Below, one piece after another: positions 40,620 to 49,805 of a stretch of 64,000 nt of DNA. The stretch is from Bacillota bacterium. GTDB lineage: Bacteria; Bacillota; Dehalobacteriia; UBA4068; UBA4997. The stretch's first letter is position 1. The number at the start of each line of letters is the position of its first letter. Made by a program: the position numbers and the translations under genes. Where the stretch lies: positions 10 through 64,009 of the forward strand of contig JAETTP010000004.1 in the NCBI GenBank assembly GCA_021769035.1, in the 5' to 3' direction. Under the pieces are notes generated by a model. The model made no database searches. It was not told the origin of the DNA and saw only the letters and a list, made by a program, of their open reading frames with translations.

Positions 40620-40695
40620 GGGCCCATAGCTCAGCTGGGAGAGCGCTGCGTTCGCATCGCAGAGGCCGAGGGTTCAAATCCCTTTGGGTCCACCA
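40620..40695 (+). tRNA. tRNA-Ala (anticodon CGC)
   Basis: The G3:U70 identity pair (GGGCCCA/TGGGTCC), anticodon loop TTCGCAT and a CCA end. Confidence 0.8.
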
Positions 40696-40702
40696 CCAAC
40701 AA

Positions 40703-40737
40703 AGGATGACGCTTAATTAGTAGTCATCCTTTTTATT
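40703..40737 (+). terminator. Rho-independent terminator after the tRNA cluster (AGGATGAC-loop-GTCATCCT followed by TTTTT)
   Basis: An 8-bp perfect stem plus a T-run, placed at the GC to AT composition break. Confidence 0.55.
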
Positions 40738-40816
40738 ATAAAAACGTTTGTATTCTTTAATAATGTGCATACTCTAATATATATAACTATATAACAAAAT
40801 AAAAGGATGTGGCATT

Positions 40817-42031
40817 ATGCAAATTGAATCACTAAACATTAAAAATTATCGTGTTTTTCATAATGTATCCGTTGACAACCTGCCACAAATGGCAGTTTTT
40901 ATGGGACAGAATGGTGTTGGTAAAACAACTTTTTTTGATGTGTTTGGCTTTCTAAATGATTGTTTAAGCAGTAATGTCCGCTCAGCTTTAGCTAAACGTG
41001 GTGGTTATAACGAAGTAATATCTAGAGATCAAAACGAGGATATGCATTTTGAAATTAAATTTCGCCCATCACCTGACGAACCTATAATTACCTATGAACT
41101 TACAATCGGTTTAAATGAAGCTGCAGCACCAGTTGTAAAAAAAGAGGTAATGAGATTTCGCCGTGGACAGCATGGAGCACCTTGGAAAATCCTAGATTTT
41201 GCTTATGGCGAAGGCGTAGCGGCAGATGGCAGCTTGCAATCCTATGAAACCGTACAAATGGCAACTCGTAAACGTCAAAAAGTTGCCGCACCTGATATAT
41301 TAGCAATCAAGGGATTGGGACAATTTGAAGATTTTCCTGCGGTTGCTTCATTACGACGCTTAATTGAAGATTGGTATGTATCAGATTTTCATATTGAAGG
41401 AGCGCGTGAACGCCAACAAGCTGATTATAGCGAATCTCTTTCCAGAACAGGTGACAATTTATCACAAGTTGCAAAATATCTTTACGATAATCATCGTGAT
41501 AGATTTGACTCTATTTTGCAAGCAATGAGAGAACGTGTTCCCGGTGTAAATAACGTTGAGGCTAAACTTACAGAAGACGGCTATGTAATCTTACGTTTTC
41601 AAGATGGGCGTTTCAAAAATCCTTTTTCGTCTAAGTTTGTTTCAGACGGAACAATTAAAATGTTCACATATTTAATATTACTCAGAGACCCCAACCCACA
41701 TGCTTTACTTTGCGTTGAGGAGCCGGAAAATCAACTGTATCCAGAGTTATTGCCACAACTGGCCGAGGAATTTCGGCATTATACAGACGTTGGAGGTCAG
41801 GTTTTTATTTCAACTCACTCACCAGATTTTTTAAATGCTATTCGTTTAGAAGAATTATACTGCTTAGTCAAAATTAATGGTTACACTGATATTATTTGCG
41901 CCTCTAAACTACCGCTTATTGTTTCATTATACAAAGAAGGAGATTTGTTAGGTGAGTTGTGGCAACAAGGTATTCTTTTAACTGAAGCTACAAAGGAAGC
42001 GCACAATTTACAAAAGGAGTCCTCGCAATGA
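40817..42031 (+). CDS. ABC-type ATPase (AAA_21/RecF-SbcC-like), putative defense-system ATPase
   Basis: Walker A GQNGVGKTT, ABC-signature-like SDGTIKM, Walker B/D-loop LLCVEEPE and H-loop STHSP. AT-rich codon usage (roughly 35% GC). Confidence 0.8.
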   Translation: MQIESLNIKNYRVFHNVSVDNLPQMAVFMGQNGVGKTTFFDVFGFLNDCLSSNVRSALAKRGGYNEVISRDQNEDMHFEIKFRPSPDEPIITYELTIGLNEAAAPVVKKEVMRFRRGQHGAPWKILDFAYGEGVAADGSLQSYETVQMATRKRQKVAAPDILAIKGLGQFEDFPAVASLRRLIEDWYVSDFHIEGARERQQADYSESLSRTGDNLSQVAKYLYDNHRDRFDSILQAMRERVPGVNNVEAKLTEDGYVILRFQDGRFKNPFSSKFVSDGTIKMFTYLILLRDPNPHALLCVEEPENQLYPELLPQLAEEFRHYTDVGGQVFISTHSPDFLNAIRLEELYCLVKINGYTDIICASKLPLIVSLYKEGDLLGELWQQGILLTEATKEAHNLQKESSQ

Positions 42032-42579
42032 AACTCATATTTCTTTTAGAGGAGTTTTCAATGAAATATTTACTTGATGAGCTGTTGCCCAAAATACTTC
42101 CTGACGATGTGGAGTTTCAAACAATACCACACACAGGTAAAAGTGCACTAGAAAAATCTATACCACGTAAATTGCGTGCTTGGAATGAACCCAATGATAT
42201 TCGATTTGTAATTTTACACGATCAAGATAACAAAGATTGTCGACAATTAAAAAAGAAACTCTTAGAGCTTTGCAATGTAACAGACCGACCTGTCCTCGTT
42301 AGAATTATCTGCCAAGAATTAGAATCCTGGTACTTTGGTGATATGAATGCTGTTGCACAAGCCTATGATAAACCTAATTTACGAAACATATCTAAAAAGA
42401 AAAACTATCGAGTTCCTGACAATATTCAATCACCAAAGGCAGAGTTACTTAAACTAATACCCAATCATCAACAAATTAGCGGCGCAAAAAAAATTGCACC
42501 ACTAATGTCAATAGAGAACAATTCATCTGAAAGTTTTCAATATTTCATATCTGGTATTCATAAATTGATTGGCCGATAA
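42028..42579 (+). CDS. DUF4276-like small protein with a TOPRIM-like E...DxD signature (putative nuclease partner)
   Basis: Its ATG overlaps the ATPase stop codon (ATGA). It has an N-terminal acidic LLEEF and a VILHDQDNKD (DxD) motif about 60 residues later, with no other known domain. Same AT-rich composition as the ATPase gene. Confidence 0.6.
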   Translation: MKLIFLLEEFSMKYLLDELLPKILPDDVEFQTIPHTGKSALEKSIPRKLRAWNEPNDIRFVILHDQDNKDCRQLKKKLLELCNVTDRPVLVRIICQELESWYFGDMNAVAQAYDKPNLRNISKKKNYRVPDNIQSPKAELLKLIPNHQQISGAKKIAPLMSIENNSSESFQYFISGIHKLIGR

Positions 42580-42659
42580 TTGCAAAAACTGAAATAAATG
42601 CCAAAAAAACTTCCACGCTTAGATTATATTCGATCTGTTTATATTTCAACTCAGCCAAA

Positions 42660-42712
42660 AAGAAAAGCAAGGCGCATCCCCGTGCGGGAAACATCGCCCT
42701 GCTTTTCTTTTC
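42660..42712 (-). terminator. Bidirectional rho-independent terminator at the right edge of the AT-rich islet
   Basis: GCAGGGCG...CGCCTTGC hairpin with T-runs on both strands, downstream of the minus-strand gene 42752..43294. Confidence 0.45.
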
Positions 42713-42751
42713 TGCAAGAGTTTAGCCGTTAAGCATAATACACCATTTTAA

Positions 42752-43294
42752 CTACCAGGCCTGCATCATCTGCTCCAACACCTGCACCATTCTGTTAAAC
42801 AGCAGCGCGCTGGGGCTTTTCCTAAAGGTCTGGCTGGTTGGGTCAAACTCCTCAAAGGAAGCCTGATAACGCGCCCAATCCAAGATGTTGTTGGGGCCGG
42901 CCTGCAAAGCGTAGGCAACGCCCTGCGCCGGCGCTGAAATCTGCGCGCCGGTTTCAGCGTCCTCCAGCCGCGTCAGGCTCAGGCCGGAAACGCGGCTTTT
43001 GCCCTCTGCCGGAATAACGCCGTAGGCGCAAAGCTCCTCCACAAATTTGTAATATTCCTCCCGCGTCATATTCTGGGGATCGTACTTTTTAGCCAACTCC
43101 GCCGCCTGCTCCTTTGTCAGGCCGGGCTGGCTTTGTGCGGCCTGCAAACGGGCCGCAGACTGCTCCTTGGCCTCGGCCAACGCCGCCGCCAGCGCCTCCC
43201 GGTATTCAGCCTTGGCCACTCCGTATTGGCCCTTATAAGCGAACCAATCCGCTTTGAACACGCCGCTTGTTCCATCAACCAACAAACTAAACAC
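42752..43294 (-). CDS. Hypothetical protein
   Basis: 180 aa ORF with GC-rich coding bias and no recognisable motif. Confidence 0.45.
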   Translation of the reverse strand: MFSLLVDGTSGVFKADWFAYKGQYGVAKAEYREALAAALAEAKEQSAARLQAAQSQPGLTKEQAAELAKKYDPQNMTREEYYKFVEELCAYGVIPAEGKSRVSGLSLTRLEDAETGAQISAPAQGVAYALQAGPNNILDWARYQASFEEFDPTSQTFRKSPSALLFNRMVQVLEQMMQAW

Positions 43295-43398
43295 TCCTCT
43301 CCTAAATTCTTACAACAACTATATATCCGCATTATAACATTCTTCAGAATAAATTTCAAGTTTTTTTCCTGTTTAATAGCAAATTTTTCAAATATCAG

Positions 43399-43428
43399 TT
43401 GACATGAAAAGCTTTCATTTGATACAAT
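43399..43428 (+). promoter_or_regulatory. Sigma-70-like promoter (TTGACA, 18 nt spacer, TACAAT) with a near-palindromic spacer TGAAAAGCTTTCA
   Basis: Consensus -35 hexamer and a good -10 hexamer 30 nt upstream of the FIST gene ATG at 43460. Confidence 0.5.
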
Positions 43429-43459
43429 GTTAAAAAGTCACAAAATAGGAGGCTATTGC

Positions 43460-44515
43460 ATGAAACAAGTCTTTGGAATGAGCCAAAACGGCAACCTGCG
43501 GGAGGCTGCCAGCGCCTTAACCAATCCTCAATTTATTATGCTGCTGTCCAATCAGGCGCAGTTTGAGCAACACGTTCGTGAGCTTGAACAGCTGTTTCCT
43601 GGCGTTCCCAGCATCGGATGTATTGGTATGAGTTATGACACCAGAGTGGTGGAAAATGGCGTGGGCCTTATCGGCTTTTCAGATGGCGTTCAAGCAACCG
43701 CCAATGTGCTGGAACAGGTTTCCACTATGCCGGTAAAATATATCAGCCGTTTGGAGGAGGACGTGAAGAAGATTGACGCCGCCGCCCAAAACACGGTTTG
43801 TATTGATTTTTGCGCAGGCAACGATGCTTGCGTGCTGACCACTCTGAACACCGTGCTGAAACACCGGGGCATTTCTCTGGTGGGCGGCACCGGCAACGCC
43901 GGCAAGGTTTCTGCCAACGGCCGCGTCTACGAGGACGCCGTGGCTTACGGCCTGGTGCGCAACCAAAGCGGCCGGGTGAAAACATATAAGGAAAACATTT
44001 ATCATCAGATGGGAAACTATCGTTTTATCGCTTCGCAAACAGACCGGGCCAAATATGTGCTTGGCGCGCTCAACGGCAAGCCGGCCAAACAGGTATATCA
44101 GAGTATTCTGCACGTTACGGACGAGCAAATTTTAACCCAAACATTTAAAAACCCCTTTGGCAAAATTAATGGCGATGATGTTTGTATCATTTCTATTAAA
44201 GAGGTAGATGGCAACGCACTGGCCTGCTTCCGGCAGGTAAATGATTCCGATGTGTTGGTGCTGCTGGAACTGGGCGACTATCGAGAAATCGCCCGGCAGA
44301 CAATCCAGCAAATCTGCCAGGAATTTCCGCACCGTTCAGCTGTTTTTTCAGTCAACTGCCTGTTCCGCTACAAACTGTTCAGCGAGCAGGGTTATATGCA
44401 GGATTATCTGCAAGATATGCGCGCTTTGGGCAGCCACGCTGGTTTTGTCGGCTACGGCGAGCATTACAACAACCGCTTTGTCAACCAATCAATGACCTGC
44501 GTTGTTTTTGAATAG
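43460..44515 (+). CDS. FIST-domain (FIST_N plus FIST_C) sensor protein
   Basis: Architecture matches FIST N and C domains. An AGGAGG RBS sits 8 nt upstream of the chosen start; the listed ORF start at 43427 overlaps the -10 element. Confidence 0.6.
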   Translation: MKQVFGMSQNGNLREAASALTNPQFIMLLSNQAQFEQHVRELEQLFPGVPSIGCIGMSYDTRVVENGVGLIGFSDGVQATANVLEQVSTMPVKYISRLEEDVKKIDAAAQNTVCIDFCAGNDACVLTTLNTVLKHRGISLVGGTGNAGKVSANGRVYEDAVAYGLVRNQSGRVKTYKENIYHQMGNYRFIASQTDRAKYVLGALNGKPAKQVYQSILHVTDEQILTQTFKNPFGKINGDDVCIISIKEVDGNALACFRQVNDSDVLVLLELGDYREIARQTIQQICQEFPHRSAVFSVNCLFRYKLFSEQGYMQDYLQDMRALGSHAGFVGYGEHYNNRFVNQSMTCVVFE

Positions 44516-44528
44516 GGAGGTAATCAGC

Positions 44529-45488
44529 ATGTTTTTTTCCAAAAATAAACCGGCCCAGGCGGCGCCAAAGCCCCAAACCAAAGCGGTTGGCAAACCAAAC
44601 AACCTCCAACCCGTGCTGCACGTAACCGACAGCCTTAAAGACTATCAAAAGGAACTGGCCCTGCGCGAGGTGGAGGCGCTATCTGAATTGAGCCTGGTAG
44701 GCAGCACCTTTTCCGGCGTGTTGCATGAAGCAGACCAGTTTCAGGAGAAATTGCAGGAATTTGGCCTGACCTTTGCCAACGTCAACCAGGTGGCCGGCCA
44801 ATATGTTCAGGTGCGAGAATCCATCGGGCAAGCCGTCGACGAAGCCCAAAACAAGGTGGAAGAGCTAAAAGACACCTCCATTAAAGTGGAAAACTCCTTT
44901 GGGGAGATGGAGGCCACTTTCACCCAACTGCAAGCAGCGGTGGCCAGTATTCAGCAATGTATGAGCAAAATTGTTTCGATTGCCGATGAAACCAACATTT
45001 TGGCCCTCAACGCCTCCATCGAGGCCGCCCGCGCCGGCGAAAAAGGCAAAGGTTTCGCCGTGGTGGCAGTTAAGGTTAAGGAGTTGGCCGAGGAAATCAA
45101 GGAGCTGGCTAACGAAGTGGATTCCGGCGTACATAATGTAGAAAACGGCACCAACCGCCTAAACGACAGCATTATGACCTCCCGCAAGGCTTTAGGCCAA
45201 AGCGTGGAAACCGCCAACAGCACCTACGATACTTTTCACAATATCACCGAAGCGGCAGAGGGCTCGGCCACTGTTCAGACGGAAATTTCCGATGTTATCG
45301 AACAGTCCCAAAGCGCCTTACAGATAATCTGCCAATTTTTTGACGCTATTAAACAGCAACACCAGGAGGTTATGCAGCACCTTCGCCGGGCCAGCAATCT
45401 TGGCACCTTAAAAAGCGGTATGTTTGAGGATATGAACAATATGCTTTCTCAAATTCCGCCAATGGTTGAGGAAATGGAAAAGAAATAG
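44529..45488 (+). CDS. Soluble methyl-accepting chemotaxis-like protein (MCP signalling domain only, no TM region)
   Basis: Highly conserved MCP signalling core ([28 protein letters not shown]). No hydrophobic segments. A GGGAGG RBS precedes the start. Confidence 0.8.
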   Translation: MFFSKNKPAQAAPKPQTKAVGKPNNLQPVLHVTDSLKDYQKELALREVEALSELSLVGSTFSGVLHEADQFQEKLQEFGLTFANVNQVAGQYVQVRESIGQAVDEAQNKVEELKDTSIKVENSFGEMEATFTQLQAAVASIQQCMSKIVSIADETNILALNASIEAARAGEKGKGFAVVAVKVKELAEEIKELANEVDSGVHNVENGTNRLNDSIMTSRKALGQSVETANSTYDTFHNITEAAEGSATVQTEISDVIEQSQSALQIICQFFDAIKQQHQEVMQHLRRASNLGTLKSGMFEDMNNMLSQIPPMVEEMEKK

Positions 45489-45503
45489 AACCCAAACATT
45501 AAA

Positions 45504-45548
45504 GTAGCGTCTGGAATTAATCCGACGCTACTTTTTTATTTTTTTTGC
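45504..45548 (+). terminator. Rho-independent terminator (GTAGCGTC-loop-GACGCTAC followed by T6)
   Basis: Perfect 8-bp stem followed by TTTTTTATTTTTTTT. Confidence 0.65.
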
Positions 45549-45557
45549 CAAAAGAGC

Positions 45558-45586
45558 TTGACAAGTACACACGATATGTGTATAAT
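45558..45586 (+). promoter_or_regulatory. Consensus sigma-70 promoter (TTGACA, 17 nt spacer, TGTG-TATAAT extended -10)
   Basis: Exact consensus hexamers with 17-nt spacing. An AAAGGAGGT RBS follows at 45602. Confidence 0.7.
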
Positions 45587-45617
45587 GTAAGTATGAATTG
45601 AAAAGGAGGTCACACCA

Positions 45618-45974
45618 ATGGAAAAAGAACGTATCAATATTTCTATCGATCAGGAGGTTCGTGAAATGCTCAAAGAATTGGCCGAGGCCCGGCACACCAC
45701 AGTTTCCCAGCTTATCACCGACTGGACTGTGGATAAGTACAAGGAAATGAAAGCCTGGGAGCGGCTGGACAACATCTTCTCCATCCAAGGGGAACTGGAT
45801 TTGGCAGTTGACGAATATCTGGAGCAAAATCCCCAGGCCGACCCGGCGGAGGTGCGGCGCAGCCCTGACCTGCTGGCGGCAATCCTTAACGGTTATCGGA
45901 GCAGAATGGAAACCGAGCTGCTGGAGCAAGGACTGCTGCCGGTGAACGACCCCGACAACCCCGTCTTTAACTAA
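45618..45974 (+). CDS. Hypothetical protein with a possible N-terminal ribbon-helix-helix (CopG-like) fold
   Basis: MEKERINISIDQEVREMLKELAEARHTTVSQLI resembles an RHH beta-strand plus helix region. The rest is acidic and unassigned. Confidence 0.4.
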   Translation: MEKERINISIDQEVREMLKELAEARHTTVSQLITDWTVDKYKEMKAWERLDNIFSIQGELDLAVDEYLEQNPQADPAEVRRSPDLLAAILNGYRSRMETELLEQGLLPVNDPDNPVFN

Positions 45975-45997
45975 ATTTGCCTCACAATTTTCTGATA

Positions 45998-46034
45998 ACA
46001 GCGTCGGATTTATGATCCGGCGCTGTTTTGCTAT
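45998..46034. terminator. Bidirectional terminator hairpin between the convergent genes 45618..45974 and permease P1
   Basis: ACAGCGTCGGAT-TTATG-ATCCGGCGCTGT (12-bp stem with one mismatch) followed by TTTTG. Confidence 0.5.
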
Positions 46035-46047
46035 CTAATAAGCCTCT

Positions 46048-47274
46048 TTAATCATAGCGCAAAGCCTCAATCGGCTCCAGTTTGGCCGCCTGCCGGGCCG
46101 GATAAGTGCCGGAAAGCACGCCCACCAGCACGGAAACCGCCACCGCCGCCAAACTGGGCAAAATCGCGCCAATTAAATAATCAAACGAAACTTCCATAAC
46201 CAAAATCAGCAGGAAAAAGGCCCCAAAACCGACTATAACCCCAAGCCCGCCGCCGATTAAGCCGATGATAACCGCCTCCAGGGCAAACTGCCGCTGAATA
46301 TCCCGCCTGGTGGCCCCAAACGCCTTGCGGACGCCGATTTCCCTGGTGCGGGCCTGCACGCCGGCCAGCATTACGCTCATAATGCCCGCGCCGCCGATAA
46401 GCAGCACAATCACGGCCAAAAACACCTGCTGCACCGCGTCGCCGATAATAAAACCTTTTATCATTTCCGATGATTCCCCTAAGGAGATAATTGTCAGCCA
46501 CCAAACGGTTCTCCGCTCCCGGCCGGTTCGTTCCTTTAGCATATCCATCACCAGCGTTTGCGCTTCATCCATTTTATCTTTTCCATTAGCATATACATAA
46601 TATTTATCCTCATATATACCGGCATTATAAGGATCAAGCCTATCTCCAAGCATTTTTCTGGCGTTGGTGTAAGGAATATAAACCTCGCTATTCAGGGTTC
46701 GGGACTTTGGCACCTCGGCCAAAACCCCAACAACGGTGTAATTCTCGCCCCAAACTTTGATTTCCTTACCCAAAGCGTCGCCGCCCAGCAAATCGTTAGC
46801 AATGCTGTTGCCTATCACGCAAACTTTGCGTTCCCTATCTATATCCAAATCGGCAAAAAAACGCCCCTCCTGCAAATGCAGCACCGGCCGCATTTTAAGA
46901 TAGCTGTCGCCCACTCCATAAACCTGCGCTTCGTCAGCAGCCGCATCGCCATATCTCACGCCGCCCGGCAGGTCAAACTCAGAATACGGCGATATGGCGC
47001 TGATAACCTCTGGATTATCCGCCGCAACCTGCTCCATATCCTCCGGCGTAATCCTTACCGGATAATCCACGTCAGTGCTGACCCACATATCCAAAAGGCT
47101 GTCGGCATATTCCTCCTTTTCATTCTGAACGAACATCAAGGAAACATTGCAGCAGCTCAAAGCAAGGATAAAACCGGCAATGCCGATAAACATCCCCAAA
47201 ACAGCTTGCAGGCAACGCCACTTGTTGGCGGCCAAATTGCGCACCGCATTTTGCAGACTTTGTTTAATATCCAC
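46048..47274 (-). CDS. FtsX/MacB-type ABC transporter permease, paralog 1 of 7
   Basis: N-terminal TM helix, large extracytoplasmic MacB-like domain, three C-terminal TM helices and a GVRKAFGA motif. GTG start preceded by GGGAGG. Confidence 0.85.
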   Translation of the reverse strand: MDIKQSLQNAVRNLAANKWRCLQAVLGMFIGIAGFILALSCCNVSLMFVQNEKEEYADSLLDMWVSTDVDYPVRITPEDMEQVAADNPEVISAISPYSEFDLPGGVRYGDAAADEAQVYGVGDSYLKMRPVLHLQEGRFFADLDIDRERKVCVIGNSIANDLLGGDALGKEIKVWGENYTVVGVLAEVPKSRTLNSEVYIPYTNARKMLGDRLDPYNAGIYEDKYYVYANGKDKMDEAQTLVMDMLKERTGRERRTVWWLTIISLGESSEMIKGFIIGDAVQQVFLAVIVLLIGGAGIMSVMLAGVQARTREIGVRKAFGATRRDIQRQFALEAVIIGLIGGGLGVIVGFGAFFLLILVMEVSFDYLIGAILPSLAAVAVSVLVGVLSGTYPARQAAKLEPIEALRYD

Positions 47275-47298
47275 CTAAAAAACCTCCCTTAAACACAG

Positions 47299-48504
47299 TT
47301 AATCGTAACGCAAAGCGTCAATCGGCTCCAGCCGGGCCGCCCTGCCCGCCGGCAAAAAGCCGAAAATTATCCCCAGACCGACGGAAACGCTGAAAGAAAG
47401 CAACACGGAATCCCCGGCCAACGCAAACGGCAGCTTCATAAAATGACAGGCCAAAAAGCTGGCCGCCACCCCCAGGCCCACGCCAAACAAGCCGCCCGTG
47501 GCGCTGGTGCAGGCCGCCTCAATTATAAATTGCAGCCGAATATCCCGCCGCCTGGCCCCAAAGGATTTGCGCACGCCAATTTCCTTAGTGCGCTCCGATA
47601 CGGAAATGGACATAATATTCATAATCCCCACGCCGCCCACCAGCAGGGCAATGCCGGCAATCATTGAAAGCACGGAAAGCATACTTCCTTGCATAGCAAT
47701 CATCATTTCCATCCGTTCCTTTTGGCTGGTGATTTGAAAGTAATCGTCCTTTTCATAACATTCCAGCAGCAGTTCCTCAATCGCCGCCACCGCGGCCTCG
47801 GAACATTCTCTAGTGCGAGAATTTAAAGTGTAGCTGCTCACAAAAGGCGTTTCCCCCAGCTGCAAAACGTTGGTGTAAGGGATATAAACCACATCATCCA
47901 CGCCGCCGGCCGCGTTTTGCAAATCAATATCGGAAAGCTCGTCCTGCGGGCCCAGCACGCCCACCACGGTGTAATTCCGCCCGCGGATTTTAAGGCTGCT
48001 GCCCAAGGCCCGGCCGCCCATAATCACCCGGTTCACGTAATGCCCCACCACGCAAACCTGGGCCTGCCGCTCCACGTCCATATACTGCAAAAACCGCCCC
48101 TCCGTCAGGTCCAACAGCTGCGTTTGCAGATAAGCCTCGCTCACGCCATAAATCTTCGTCCCACTGTGGCGCTCGTTGCCGTATTTAACGCCGCCGCCCA
48201 GCCCCACGCTGGGGCTTAAATCGCAGAGCAAATCCGGCTTGCTGCTCACCAACTCATACATATCCTCCACACTAATTTGGCGGGTGGAATCCCGATTGTA
48301 CAGACTGACGCTGATCATATTGGCCCCCAGCTTATCGAAACGGGCCTCCACCTTGGCCACCGTGCCCCGGCCGATAGTCATAATCGCAATAACCGCCGCC
48401 ACGCCGATAATTATGCCCAGCATAGTCAGCAGAGAGCGCACCTTGCGCGCCAGCAGGCTTTTAATGGCCAGCTTAAAACCTTGGCTAATATTCATTTGGT
48501 GCAC
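47299..48504 (-). CDS. FtsX/MacB-type ABC transporter permease, paralog 2
   Basis: Same architecture as paralog 1. C-terminal ...AARLEPIDALRYD. Confidence 0.85.
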   Translation of the reverse strand: MHQMNISQGFKLAIKSLLARKVRSLLTMLGIIIGVAAVIAIMTIGRGTVAKVEARFDKLGANMISVSLYNRDSTRQISVEDMYELVSSKPDLLCDLSPSVGLGGGVKYGNERHSGTKIYGVSEAYLQTQLLDLTEGRFLQYMDVERQAQVCVVGHYVNRVIMGGRALGSSLKIRGRNYTVVGVLGPQDELSDIDLQNAAGGVDDVVYIPYTNVLQLGETPFVSSYTLNSRTRECSEAAVAAIEELLLECYEKDDYFQITSQKERMEMMIAMQGSMLSVLSMIAGIALLVGGVGIMNIMSISVSERTKEIGVRKSFGARRRDIRLQFIIEAACTSATGGLFGVGLGVAASFLACHFMKLPFALAGDSVLLSFSVSVGLGIIFGFLPAGRAARLEPIDALRYD

Positions 48505-48530
48505 CTCCTGACTTATTTAATTAATCGCTG

Positions 48531-49772
48531 TCAGCCCTCGCTGATAGCCGCCACCGGCTCCAGCTTGGCCGCCTTGCCTGCCGGATAAGTGCCGAATATC
48601 ATACCCACGCCAACCGAAATCAAAGCTGTTATAACCAAGGGTAAAAAAGGAACCCCAAGCACATCTAACGGCAAATGTAAAACATCACAAACAATGTAAA
48701 TAATTGGCACGGCTAAAAAAATACCAACCACACAGCCAAGCATACTAATACAAACACTTTCACACAAAAATTGCTTTTGTATATCCTTGTTTGTTGCGCC
48801 GAATGCCTTACGAATACCAATCTCCTTGGTGCGCTCCTCAACCAAAGCTATCATCATATTCATAATACCGTTGCCACCCACCAGCAATATCAAAAAGGCA
48901 AACAAGGCAAAAGGAGCAAACACCATTGACAAACCTTGGCTCATCTGTTTTCCCTGCCAATCTAACGATGTTATATTGGCCGCGTCGGTTTCATTCAGAC
49001 AACTGTCCAACATAGACCTGATTGCAGCATGGGCTTCAACCGTATTTTCTGCGCTTGTAACGCCAACAAAATATGAGCTGAAGTAAGACCCAATGCCGCT
49101 AAATGTTTCTGGACGAAAATCTGCTCCAGTTATTTTTAATGCACAAGTGGACGGAAGCAAAATTGTATCATTCCAATTTTCAGCGTCTAAATCAATTTCT
49201 GCCAACACACCAATAACAGAAAAATTAGTTCCGGCTATTTTTAGGCTTTGCCCTAAAGCATTACCACCCATAATTTTATTTGCAATATTACTGCCTATAA
49301 CACACACATTCTGCTCGCGTTCAATATCCATATTTTGTAAAAACCGGCCTTGTTTAACCTGCAAAACATGGATAATTTTATAAAAATCCTCATTAATCCC
49401 CTCAATATTTATATTGCTGTTATTATATAGCTTATTATCATACACAAAACCGTCAACATAATCAGATACATATATCATCGGGCTTACAGCGTAAATCAGA
49501 TCTGGATTTTCCTTAATCAAATTCTGCCAATCCTCGTCCGTTAGCGTATCACGTGAAAAGGTGTCCATTCTTTCAAAAACGCTCACCCATATCACACCCG
49601 AATTATAATTTGCAACCTGCATTTTAATTTGATTTAATAAGCCTTGGGCAACGCAAACCACAGTAAAAACAGATACTAAACCAATAACAAAAATTAATGT
49701 TGATTGCAGGGTTCGCATTTTGTTTTTTAATAAGCTTTGAAAAGATAAACGAAAAAGCTGCTTAATATCCAT
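48531..49772 (-). CDS. FtsX/MacB-type ABC transporter permease, paralog 3 (AT-rich body with a GC-rich 3-prime end)
   Basis: Same architecture. The body is roughly 40% GC, while the last 70 nt or so are identical to the 3-prime end of paralog 4. Confidence 0.85.
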   Translation of the reverse strand: MDIKQLFRLSFQSLLKNKMRTLQSTLIFVIGLVSVFTVVCVAQGLLNQIKMQVANYNSGVIWVSVFERMDTFSRDTLTDEDWQNLIKENPDLIYAVSPMIYVSDYVDGFVYDNKLYNNSNINIEGINEDFYKIIHVLQVKQGRFLQNMDIEREQNVCVIGSNIANKIMGGNALGQSLKIAGTNFSVIGVLAEIDLDAENWNDTILLPSTCALKITGADFRPETFSGIGSYFSSYFVGVTSAENTVEAHAAIRSMLDSCLNETDAANITSLDWQGKQMSQGLSMVFAPFALFAFLILLVGGNGIMNMMIALVEERTKEIGIRKAFGATNKDIQKQFLCESVCISMLGCVVGIFLAVPIIYIVCDVLHLPLDVLGVPFLPLVITALISVGVGMIFGTYPAGKAAKLEPVAAISEG

Positions 49773-49805
49773 AATTTCTATTCCTTTTTCCGATCTTAAT
49801 CGCTG

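Noticed and set aside
40483-40677. 64 aa minus-strand ORF spanning tRNA-Leu and the tRNA-Ala upstream region
   Set aside because: It overlaps two structurally confirmed tRNA genes, and its translation is simply the reverse reading of tRNA sequence.
42580-42720. Search for a direct repeat of the tRNA-Ala 3-prime end marking the right boundary of the AT-rich islet
   Set aside because: No convincing match to GGTTCAAATCCCTTTGGGTCCACCA was seen by eye. Only a terminator hairpin marks the composition change, so the att-site status is unresolved.
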